Source: a bacterium
GTDB lineage: Bacteria; Bacillota_I; Bacilli_A; RFN20; CAG-288
DNA: 64,000 bases
Assembly: GCA_963621825.1 (NCBI GenBank)
Contig: CAVFFP010000003.1
Span: 8,801 to 72,800 of the forward strand
Direction of reading: 5' to 3'
The position numbers were made by a program, and so were the translations under genes. Shown in pieces: positions 40,034 to 48,389 of this stretch; within the stretch, counting starts at the first letter, position 1; each line of letters opens with the position of its first letter. Below the pieces are notes generated by a model. That model did no database searches and was not told the origin of the DNA. It was given only the letters and a program-made list of their open reading frames with translations.

Positions 40034-41968
40034 ATGGGCACAACTTATGACGCAAAAAGCTTAACCATTCTTCATGGACTAGAACCAGTCCGTGAAAGAC
40101 CAGGTATGTATATCGGCTCGACATCCACATTGGGTCTTCACCATCTCGTTTGGGAGATCGTTGACAATGCAGTGGATGAAGCGAACGAAGGACACGGAAA
40201 AAACATTACAGTAACCATCCATAGCGATGGTTCTTTGGAAGTGGAAGATCAGGGTCGTGGCGTCCCTTACGATTATAACGCCAAAGAGAAGATGAACGGC
40301 TTCCAGATCGTTTATCAGACGCTCCATGGCGGCGGAAAGTTCGATGAATCCAATTATAAGAGCGCCGGCGGTTTACACGGCGTCGGTGCATCTGTCACGA
40401 ATGCGCTTTCCACTTGGATGGAAGTCCATTCTTACCGCGATGGCGTAGATCACTTCGCCCGCTTTGAAAAGGGTGGAAGCAAATTTTCCGGCATCAAGGA
40501 ATTAGGTAAGACTACCAAGCGTGGAACCAATGTCCGCTTCCTTCCGGATGACACGATCTTCGAGGACATCACGTTCAATTATGAGCGTATCGCCAATCAT
40601 CTTGATGATCAGGCTTGCCTTACAAAAGGTGTTGTCTTCCATCTCAAGGATGAAAGAACAGATCGTGAAAACACCTTCTATTACGAGAATGGTCTTGTCG
40701 AATACTATAACCGTCATATCTTCCAAAAGGCTACCCTGACTCAGCCTATGCACTTTGAAGGCACGGAAAGCGGCATCAAAGTGGAAGTTGTCTTTGGCTT
40801 TCTCAAAGACTCCTATGATGAGAAGATCATTGCTTTTGCCAATGGTGTCAGAACAGGTGACGGCGGATATCATGTCACTGGTCTTAAAAAGGCAATCACG
40901 AGCTGCTACAATCAGTTCGGAATCAACAATCAGATGTTCAAATCCAACTCTCCGTTAGATGGAGACTGCTTAAGAGAGGGCTTAGTTGCCATTCTTTCTG
41001 TCTGGGTACCAGAGCATCTTCTTCAGTTCGAAGGTCAGACCAAAGGAAAACTCGGCACAAAAGAGGCCTTAAATGCCACGGATTCTGTCATTGAGAACAA
41101 ATTAGCCTATTACCTTGTCGAGAACAAGCAAGAAGCGGAAGCAGTCGTCAAAAAGACGATGAACGAAATGAGAGCAAGAGATAAGGCAGAAGCCGAGAGA
41201 AAGAAGGAAAGAGATCTTCTCAAAGGAAAGAGCCTTGACTATGAAATCTCCACGAAGCTTACACCTTGCTCTAGCAAGGAGTATATGCAGAATGAGCTCT
41301 TCATCGTTGAGGGTGATTCCGCAGGCGGATCTGCCAAGAAAGGAAGAGACCCGAAACATCAGGCGATTCTTCCGTTAAGAGGAAAACCGAAGAATACAAC
41401 CGAAGTTGAAGATGCGAAGGCGTTACTTGGAAACCGTGAGATTTCCACTCTTATCTACACAATCGGTGCCGGATACGGAAAAGAATTCAAAATCCGCGAT
41501 ATCCATTACGGAAAGGTCATTATCATGACCGATGCCGATGATGACGGAAGTCACATTCAGTCTCTCCTTCTCACCTTCTTCTATAACCATATGAAGCCCC
41601 TTATTGAGAATGGAAACCTCTATATCGCCTGTCCTCCTCTTTACCGTGTCTACAACAGCAAGAATGAAATCTACTGTTATGATGATACAGAGCTAGAAGA
41701 GGCGAAAAAGAATATCGGAAGCAACTATAGAATCAACCGTTATAAAGGTCTTGGCGAAATGGATTACACGCAGCTTTCCTCTACCACCATGAATCCGGAA
41801 CACAGAAAACTGCTCAAGGTCTCCTTAAAAGATGATGACGATACCGGTGATAAAGTATCCCTCTTCTTAGGCAAGGATGCTGACCGTAGAAAAGACTGGA
41901 TCAACAATAACATCGACTTCTCTGTCGTCGATACATTTACGAATGAGGTGATGAAGAATGAAAAGTAA
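40034..41968 (+). CDS. parE: DNA topoisomerase IV subunit B (ParE)
   Basis: GHKL ATPase, TOPRIM (EGDSAGGSAK), GyrB/ParE C-terminal motifs. Called ParE rather than GyrB from the conserved plsY/yneF-parE-parC context and distance from any dnaA-dnaN locus. Confidence 0.75.
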   Translation: MGTTYDAKSLTILHGLEPVRERPGMYIGSTSTLGLHHLVWEIVDNAVDEANEGHGKNITVTIHSDGSLEVEDQGRGVPYDYNAKEKMNGFQIVYQTLHGGGKFDESNYKSAGGLHGVGASVTNALSTWMEVHSYRDGVDHFARFEKGGSKFSGIKELGKTTKRGTNVRFLPDDTIFEDITFNYERIANHLDDQACLTKGVVFHLKDERTDRENTFYYENGLVEYYNRHIFQKATLTQPMHFEGTESGIKVEVVFGFLKDSYDEKIIAFANGVRTGDGGYHVTGLKKAITSCYNQFGINNQMFKSNSPLDGDCLREGLVAILSVWVPEHLLQFEGQTKGKLGTKEALNATDSVIENKLAYYLVENKQEAEAVVKKTMNEMRARDKAEAERKKERDLLKGKSLDYEISTKLTPCSSKEYMQNELFIVEGDSAGGSAKKGRDPKHQAILPLRGKPKNTTEVEDAKALLGNREISTLIYTIGAGYGKEFKIRDIHYGKVIIMTDADDDGSHIQSLLLTFFYNHMKPLIENGNLYIACPPLYRVYNSKNEIYCYDDTELEEAKKNIGSNYRINRYKGLGEMDYTQLSSTTMNPEHRKLLKVSLKDDDDTGDKVSLFLGKDADRRKDWINNNIDFSVVDTFTNEVMKNEK

Positions 41969-44564
41969 AAAAACGATTAAGCCCACCTATCAGGAAAACA
42001 TCGTCGACAGCGATATGAGCGATGTCCTTATCGGAGCATTCAACCGCTACGCGAAGGAAGTCATCACAGACCGTGCCATCCCGGACGCCAGAGACGGCTT
42101 GAAACCGGTTCAGCGCCGTATCATTTTCGATATGTTTGATAAGGGATATCTTTATAGCAAGCCTACTATCAAATGTGCTACGATCGTCGGTAATGTCATG
42201 GGACATTTCCATCCTCATGGAGATGCCTCTATCTATGATGCCTTAGTCCACCTTTCCCAGAGTTGGAAGATGGAAGCGCCTCTTGTCACTTTCCAGGGAA
42301 ACAACGGCTCTCAGGATGACGATCCTGCCGCCGCATCCCGTTATACGGAAGCTAAGCTTTCCCAGCTGAGCGAATATCTCTGCATGGATCTCGACAAGGA
42401 TACGGTCAAGATGGTCTTGACCTTTGATGATAAGGCCTTAGAACCGACTGTTCTTCCTGCCAGATTCCCGAACCTTTTGGTCAATGGCACTAGCGGTATC
42501 GCTGTCGGAAGCACAACCTATATCCCTCCTCACAACCTTTCTGAAGTCATTGACGCCTGTATCTATCGTCTCAACCACAAGAAGACCTCTCTTGTTGATT
42601 TGATGCAGTTTATCCCCGGCCCTGATTTTCCGACCGGCGGTGTCATCGATGATAAAGAGACATTGAAGACAATTTATGAGACTGGAAGTGGCAATTTCTA
42701 TCTTTACTGCCGCACTCATATCGACGAAGGCGAAAATGCCATTGTCATTACAGAACTTCCTTATGGTACGGTCAAGAAAGACTTTGTCGCCGCACTCGTA
42801 AAGAGAAAGGACACCGATCATCTCGATAACATCTCCGAAATCATCGATGAATCCGCAAAAGATGATGTCAACATCGTTATTCAGATCAAAAACGGTGCCG
42901 ATCCGAATGATATCCTTACCTATCTTCAGTCTAAAGGAGCATTAAGAACGACGATCAGCTGCAACTTCCTTGCCATCGATCACGGCCATCCGAAGAAAAT
43001 GCCTTTGATCGACTTGATTGACTCCTTCCTTAACCATCAGAGAGAAGTCTCAACCAAAGCCTATCAGTATGACTTAAAGACCTGCAAAGACCGCCTTGAG
43101 ATCGTCTCTGGCTATATGAAGGCCTATTCGATTCTCAATGAGATCATCGATAAAATCCGAAAGTGCTCTGGAAAAGAAGGCGTCAAGACGATGCTTAAGA
43201 ACGATTACGGATTTACGGATAGACAGGCAGAAGCCATCGCTATGATGCCTTTATACCGTCTTAGCAATACCGATATCGTCGCTTTAAGAAACGAAGAGAA
43301 TCAGCTTACCAATGTCGAAATTCCAAAATACGAAGCGATTCTGAATAATCCGGACAAGCTCGATAAGACGATTGCTGACATCTTAAAGGAAGTCAGAATG
43401 AAGTTCTCTAAGCCGAGAAAAACACTCATTCTCGAGGAAAAACAATCCTTTGATGCTGTTGATCAGACAAAGCTCATCGCCAAAGAGGATGTCTATGTCT
43501 GTGTGACCAATGACGGATACGCAAAGCGTACCAGTGTGAAGTCCTATCAGGCCGCTTTGAAGAACATCTCCGAGAACGACCCATATAATCTTCCGAAGAT
43601 GAAGCCCGGTGATCGTCTTGTCTATGATGGTCTCTGCGATACTCATCAGGCTCTTCTTCTCTTTACCAATACCGGAAACTACGCCTACTTGCCGATCCAC
43701 CTTCTTTCCGACTTAAAGTGGAAAGAGGAAGGAAAGCATTTGAATAACCTCATCTCTTTAAAAGCTGAGGAAAGAATTGTCAAAGCATTCCGTATCGATG
43801 AATTCAAAGCGGGTCTATATGCTGTCATGCTCACTAAAGAGAACAAAATTAAGAGAACCGCACTGAGTGAATTTGAGCAGAGTGCTCTGACAAGAAGACC
43901 GCTTCGCGCCTGCAAGATCACTGGAAAAGATGATGCTCTTGTCGATGTCGCCATCACCAGCGGAAACAGCGATGTCATCGTCTGTGATTCCTTAGGCCGT
44001 GTCAGCCGTTTCAACGAAGGGGATATCCCTGTTGTCTCGACTTCCGCCATGGGTGTAAAAGCTATCTCTTCCGGCATTGAGAACGCTCCTCTTGTCTCCC
44101 TTGTCGCATTGAATAGCAAGGAGGCATGCCTCCTTCTTCTTATCGGTGATAGACGAGGTGCAAGACTGATTCGTTCTCAGGAAGTGGAGACTTCCGAGCG
44201 TCTTGCCTTCAAGACCAACCTCATCAAGATTCTGAAGAAGAATCCGTGGACGGTCATCACGCTACAGAAGGTAAGCAGAAACAAAGACGAGCGCAATCCG
44301 ATCTCTGTCACTACCTTGGATTCTTCCTTCGCTGTCAATATCGATGCCCTCACTCCGAACGCTCCGAATTCCGAGCTGAGAGAGAACCTCGATAAGCTTG
44401 GCAAATCCAATGTCTTAGGATTCAACGACTTCGGCTCTGTCATCGGAAAAGATACGCTCGTAGAAGAGCCTGTTGTTCAGAAGACAAAGAAAGTCAATGC
44501 CAAACCGGACATTGCCGATACCCAGTTATCCCTCTTTGATCTCTTTGAACGCAATAAAAAGTAA
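41958..44564 (+). CDS. parC: DNA topoisomerase IV subunit A (ParC)
   Basis: Active-site Tyr region AAASRYTEAKL, winged-helix/tower domains; 868 aa; 11-nt overlap with parE. Confidence 0.75.
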   Translation: MKSKKTIKPTYQENIVDSDMSDVLIGAFNRYAKEVITDRAIPDARDGLKPVQRRIIFDMFDKGYLYSKPTIKCATIVGNVMGHFHPHGDASIYDALVHLSQSWKMEAPLVTFQGNNGSQDDDPAAASRYTEAKLSQLSEYLCMDLDKDTVKMVLTFDDKALEPTVLPARFPNLLVNGTSGIAVGSTTYIPPHNLSEVIDACIYRLNHKKTSLVDLMQFIPGPDFPTGGVIDDKETLKTIYETGSGNFYLYCRTHIDEGENAIVITELPYGTVKKDFVAALVKRKDTDHLDNISEIIDESAKDDVNIVIQIKNGADPNDILTYLQSKGALRTTISCNFLAIDHGHPKKMPLIDLIDSFLNHQREVSTKAYQYDLKTCKDRLEIVSGYMKAYSILNEIIDKIRKCSGKEGVKTMLKNDYGFTDRQAEAIAMMPLYRLSNTDIVALRNEENQLTNVEIPKYEAILNNPDKLDKTIADILKEVRMKFSKPRKTLILEEKQSFDAVDQTKLIAKEDVYVCVTNDGYAKRTSVKSYQAALKNISENDPYNLPKMKPGDRLVYDGLCDTHQALLLFTNTGNYAYLPIHLLSDLKWKEEGKHLNNLISLKAEERIVKAFRIDEFKAGLYAVMLTKENKIKRTALSEFEQSALTRRPLRACKITGKDDALVDVAITSGNSDVIVCDSLGRVSRFNEGDIPVVSTSAMGVKAISSGIENAPLVSLVALNSKEACLLLLIGDRRGARLIRSQEVETSERLAFKTNLIKILKKNPWTVITLQKVSRNKDERNPISVTTLDSSFAVNIDALTPNAPNSELRENLDKLGKSNVLGFNDFGSVIGKDTLVEEPVVQKTKKVNAKPDIADTQLSLFDLFERNKK

Positions 44565-44623
44565 ATATTTTGCCTATAAATCTGTTTCATTATAGAATAG
44601 AAGAAAAGAAAGGAGAAAATTCT

Positions 44624-45781
44624 ATGTTTTTCCATAAAACGAAGAGCAGTGGTGTCACTGCTGAAATCAGAGTTAAGCGCTGCTATGGATGCGGTGCCAT
44701 CCTTCAGGATCAGGATCCAAATGAAGTCGGATATATCCCGAAAGAGAAGCTGGAATCCGATCAAGAGAATCTCTGCGAACGCTGCTATAAGCTTCGCCAT
44801 TATTCCAAATACAAGGCAAGCGGTGATTTCACCATCGATTACGTGACCATCCTTTCTCGTGCCAAAGAGGAGAATGCCCTTGTCTGCTATGTCCTTAACG
44901 CTTTTTCCTTAGAGGGAAGCTTCTTAAAGGGCATCAACAAGTTCCTTCCGGAACGTTTCCTTGTAATTGTGAACAAGAGAGATTTATTGCCGAAGGATTA
45001 TTCCGACGAATACATCATCGACCGCGTCAAAGAGAAGATGGAAAAAGACGGAAATCATCCGATCGATATCCTCATCACCTCTAGCGGAAACCACAGAAAC
45101 AACATCGACGCTCTCGTCTCTTCCATCGAGAAGAACAGAAACGGAAAGAGTGTCTACTTTGTCGGTGCCTATCAGGTCGGAAAGTCCTCGTTGATCAACT
45201 GTCTTTTGATGGGTTATACCAACTCCACAGAGAAGATGATTACCACCTCTCCCTATCCTGGAACCACTTTGGACGTTATCTCCATCCCGTTAGATGAGAA
45301 TTCCTTCCTTTACGACACTCCTGGCATCTACAACTCTTCTTCCATCGTCTCTTTTGTAGAGCCTGAAATCGTCAAATATGTCCTTCCCAGAAGCGAAGTA
45401 AGACCGGAGAACTATTCCTCCAAAGAAGGTCAGTCCTTCATCCTGTCTAACCTTTGCAGGATCGACTTTGTCTCCGGCGATAAGACGAACTTCACCTTCT
45501 ATAAATCCAATGACCTTACCATTCAGAGATGCAAGACCAATAAGGCGGATAGCCTCTTTGACAGCATCGCAGGCAATGTCAATTCCGATGTCAGAAGCAA
45601 TAAGATCTCTTCCATCAAATCCATGAAGAAAGTGACATTCAAAGCGGATGGCAAAGATAATGCTCGCCTTGTCGTAAACGGTCTTCTCTTCGTCGAATTC
45701 CTCCAGAAGGGTCAGACGATCGAATGCTATGTCCCTGAGCCTGTCGAAGTCTCTTTGGAAAGCACAAGCGTGAAAAAGTAA
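44624..45781 (+). CDS. yqeH: Ribosome-biogenesis GTPase YqeH (circularly permuted GTPase with N-terminal zinc ribbon)
   Basis: CYGCGAILQDQD...CERCYKLRHY zinc ribbon, permuted G4-G1-G3 order (NKRDLL ... GAYQVGKSS ... DTPG); start moved to ATG 44624 after AAAGGAGA. Confidence 0.8.
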   Translation: MFFHKTKSSGVTAEIRVKRCYGCGAILQDQDPNEVGYIPKEKLESDQENLCERCYKLRHYSKYKASGDFTIDYVTILSRAKEENALVCYVLNAFSLEGSFLKGINKFLPERFLVIVNKRDLLPKDYSDEYIIDRVKEKMEKDGNHPIDILITSSGNHRNNIDALVSSIEKNRNGKSVYFVGAYQVGKSSLINCLLMGYTNSTEKMITTSPYPGTTLDVISIPLDENSFLYDTPGIYNSSSIVSFVEPEIVKYVLPRSEVRPENYSSKEGQSFILSNLCRIDFVSGDKTNFTFYKSNDLTIQRCKTNKADSLFDSIAGNVNSDVRSNKISSIKSMKKVTFKADGKDNARLVVNGLLFVEFLQKGQTIECYVPEPVEVSLESTSVKK

Positions 45782-46806
45782 TGTCTCTCTTCTATTATCT
45801 TTCTTCGTTCGATCCTATCGTCAATAGCGACACTGCCTTTCTACAAGACCCTGCTTTATACTTTCCTGTTCTAGGTAAGGATGTGAATGTAATCTTTCTT
45901 CCTGTTGGCAAGAACGATAACAGTCAAAAAAAAGAAATGATACAATCCCTTTATCCGGATGCTAAAATTGATGAGCGCAGTATTTCAACTTATAACGACA
46001 TAGTCATGTTCTTGAATAGCATAAGCGATACCTCTTATGTTGTATTGGAGGAATCCTTGCTTGATGAACTGATGAGCGGAAATATCGACTCCTTCTTATC
46101 CTCTTGGCCGAATGTTTTAGTGCTGAGTTCGGATGAGAAAAAAGGACACCCTTATTCTCAGATCCGATATTTCGGAAAAAGAGAAAGAGAAGAAACCGTT
46201 CACGGAAACTATCTATGGTGTCAGAAACCGGTCTTAGACCTCATCGGAGATAAAGCCTTATATTTTATGATGGATATCAAAGCGATGATCTCTACGCACC
46301 GTTATCTGCATTCTGTCTCTGTTGCAAAGACTGCCTATGAAATGGCACAAAGAAACGGACTGGATCCGATTCTCTGTTATCATGCCGGACTTCTTCATGA
46401 TATGGCTAAAGACTACAATAAAGAGAAGGCGTTAGAGATCATGAAAGAACATTACCCTTCTTTCCTACCCTGCCCGGATTTCGCTCTTCATGAATTTATC
46501 GGCGCATACCTTGCTAAGACACTCTATCATGTTCCGAAAGATGTCGTTGATATGATTCAGTATCACTGCACCGGAAAAGCGGAGATGACAAAGTATATGA
46601 AATGCCTATATTCTGCTGATGAAGTAGAGCCGCTTAGAGAATTCGAAACGGAAGAGAAGAGAAGAAGATGCATGGAGAACCTAGATGATGGGTTTCTCTA
46701 TCTTGTCGAAAAGCAGTTAGAATTTTTCAAGAAAAAACAAATCGATTACAACGAATACTTCCTCTGTAAAGAGAAGTATCGCTATTATCTGAATAACAAG
46801 GAGTAA
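45781..46806 (+). CDS. yqeK: Fusion: degenerate NadD-like (nicotinate-nucleotide adenylyltransferase fold, HxGH lost) N-terminal domain plus YqeK HD-domain phosphohydrolase
   Basis: N-terminus LSSFDPIVNSD vs NadD GGTFDPPHNGH, FLPVGKNDNSQKK vs FMPNQIPPHK; C-terminal half has HD motifs (HSVSVAKTA...AGLLHDMAK) typical of YqeK. Confidence 0.6.
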   Translation: MSLFYYLSSFDPIVNSDTAFLQDPALYFPVLGKDVNVIFLPVGKNDNSQKKEMIQSLYPDAKIDERSISTYNDIVMFLNSISDTSYVVLEESLLDELMSGNIDSFLSSWPNVLVLSSDEKKGHPYSQIRYFGKREREETVHGNYLWCQKPVLDLIGDKALYFMMDIKAMISTHRYLHSVSVAKTAYEMAQRNGLDPILCYHAGLLHDMAKDYNKEKALEIMKEHYPSFLPCPDFALHEFIGAYLAKTLYHVPKDVVDMIQYHCTGKAEMTKYMKCLYSADEVEPLREFETEEKRRRCMENLDDGFLYLVEKQLEFFKKKQIDYNEYFLCKEKYRYYLNNKE

Positions 46807-46811
46807 CAGAA

Positions 46812-47252
46812 ATGTTAAAGAAAAGCACAACACAGAAGTTTGTCCTTGCTGACAAGGGCTCAATTACAAACAAAAGGCCGCTTCACATCGCGGAAGACCT
46901 CTCCTATAACTTCGGAGAGGATGTCGTCGTCTATGATGTGAGAAACAATTCTCCGTTCGTCTCTTTCTATGTCGTCGCAAGCGCAAAGAACGAGACAAGA
47001 CTCAGAGCCTTAGTCCAGAGCGCTAAGGATGCTATCTATGACAACTATCATGAAGTCGACCATGTCGAAGGCAGAAACGATTCCAACTGGATTCTCATCG
47101 ACTGCAAAGATATCGTCGTTCAGCTCTTTGCCAAAGAGGAAAGAGAAAGAGTCGGTTTCGATCAGCTTTACAAGGATGTTCCGCATAAGATTGTCAAAGT
47201 GAGTGAAGAACCTGTCTATAGACGCAGAAAGAAGCAGGTCAAAGAATTCTAA
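46812..47252 (+). CDS. rsfS: Ribosomal silencing factor RsfS (Iojap)
   Basis: VVYDVRN...FYVVASA...HVEG..NWILIDCKDIVVQLF matches the RsfS core. Confidence 0.8.
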   Translation: MLKKSTTQKFVLADKGSITNKRPLHIAEDLSYNFGEDVVVYDVRNNSPFVSFYVVASAKNETRLRALVQSAKDAIYDNYHEVDHVEGRNDSNWILIDCKDIVVQLFAKEERERVGFDQLYKDVPHKIVKVSEEPVYRRRKKQVKEF

Positions 47253-47938
47253 TGGGCCAGCATTATTTAGTAGTCGCCGCTCAGAAAGAAGAACTCGACG
47301 GACTTTTCCAAAACAAAAAGAATGTAAGAAAAGTCTCTGACTTTCTTGTCTTAGAGGAGAATGACTATATCATCTACGGTATGATCGGCGGAATCGGTAA
47401 GGTCAGCATGGCTTATCGACTTGGCGCCTTTTTACAGGATTTCCATATCGACGAAATCATCAATATCGGTGTTGCGGGAAGCATCTCAAAAGAGGTCTTG
47501 CCGTTACAGACATTGATTGCGACAAAATGCTGCTATCACGATGTTGACGTTGTTGCATTCGGATATAAGAAGGGACAGATGTGTCAGATGCCTCTTTACT
47601 TCGATTGTGATGAGAGAGCTCTCGCATATGCTTCCTCTTTGAAGAATGACAACATCAAGACTGGTCTTATTGTCTCTGGCGATGTCTTTGTCACAAAAGA
47701 AAACCTCAGTTCTGATATCTATGAGAATTTCGATAACCCTGTTGCCTGCGATATGGAATCTGCTGCAGTTGGTCAGGTCGCACACATGGCAAAGAAACCG
47801 TACATCATCATCCGTACCATCTCCGATGATCCCAACAGCGAATCCAACAAAGACACCTACAATGCAAGACTTGTCGCTGCCAGCAATGAGGCAGGAAGAC
47901 TTGCCTATTCTTTGATTCAGTATTTAGCAGAAAATTAG
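47252..47938 (+). CDS. mtnN: 5'-methylthioadenosine/S-adenosylhomocysteine nucleosidase
   Basis: IIYGMIGGIGKVSMAY, VGVAGS, SGDVFV, DMESAAV motifs of MTA/SAH nucleosidase. Confidence 0.85.
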   Translation: MGQHYLVVAAQKEELDGLFQNKKNVRKVSDFLVLEENDYIIYGMIGGIGKVSMAYRLGAFLQDFHIDEIINIGVAGSISKEVLPLQTLIATKCCYHDVDVVAFGYKKGQMCQMPLYFDCDERALAYASSLKNDNIKTGLIVSGDVFVTKENLSSDIYENFDNPVACDMESAAVGQVAHMAKKPYIIIRTISDDPNSESNKDTYNARLVAASNEAGRLAYSLIQYLAEN

Positions 47939-48130
47939 TACTAAATAAAGACTAATAAATAGTTTTAGTAATAGTTATAATTTAGTACTAGATAATTACT
48001 AAATTAATGATACACTAGTTTTCACTAAACAAGCTCACATGTTCGTCTTAGCTGATGAATATATTTAGTATTAGATTAGTACTAGATAAATACTACAAAT
48101 TAAATTCTAATTGAGTGATACTATTTCAAT

Positions 48131-48156
48131 AAAGGTCTGGAAACAGGCCTTTTTTC
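48131..48156 (+). terminator. Hairpin with GAAA tetraloop and T6 tract (AAAGGTCTG-GAAA-CAGGCCTTT-TTTC)
   Basis: seen directly; 9-bp stem with one G-U pair, in the middle of the AT-rich region, ~190 nt beyond the mtnN stop. Confidence 0.5.
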
Positions 48157-48168
48157 AATATATAACTA

Positions 48169-48196
48169 AGTACGTATAATGGATATTATGTTAATA
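48169..48196. other. dif: Candidate dif site (XerC/XerD recombination site): AGTACGTATAA-TGGATA-TTATGTTAATA
   Basis: 22/28 identity to E. coli dif GGTGCGCATAA-TGTATA-TTATGTTAAAT and 19/28 to B. subtilis dif as recalled. XerD arm TTATGTTAA fully conserved. Located at a + to - gene-orientation switch and 1.4 kb from a xerD-like gene. Confidence 0.5.
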
Positions 48197-48389
48197 AATA
48201 AAAAAGAAACGAAATAAGTAGTATTTATCTAGTACTATATTATTACTAACGAAGAAAAAAGTTTAATCTTGAGAAATTAGTACTTAATTTCATACATTTC
48301 AAAATTAGTAATAAAAAAGTACTAAATAATAACTAACATCATTTTTATTTGCTAGTTATTATTTAGTACTAATATTTTACTAATTATCT

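Larger units (their letters stand above)
47936..48371. repeat. AT-rich (~20% GC) convergent intergenic region with 7+ copies of a GTAC-centred palindrome (core TTAGTACTAA; variants TAGTACTAAAT and TAGTACTAGATAAAT) in both orientations
   Basis: Copies at 47936-47946(+), 47980-47990(-), 47997-48004(partial +), 48063-48073(-, 1 mismatch), 48077-48091(+ long), 48223-48237(- long), 48278-48288(+, 1 mismatch), 48318-48327(+), 48361-48371(-). AGTACT expected <0.1 times by chance in 450 bp of this composition. Confidence 0.55.

Noticed and set aside
40034-44564. Calling the topoisomerase pair gyrB/gyrA
   Set aside because: The conserved plsY-(yneF)-parE-parC neighbourhood and absence of dnaA/dnaN/recF argue for topoisomerase IV; it remains sequence-ambiguous without a tree.
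47936-48371. Possible CRISPR array (short repeats in an AT-rich region)
   Set aside because: Repeats are 10-15 bp palindromes in mixed orientation with irregular spacing; no cas genes are present. The region is not CRISPR.
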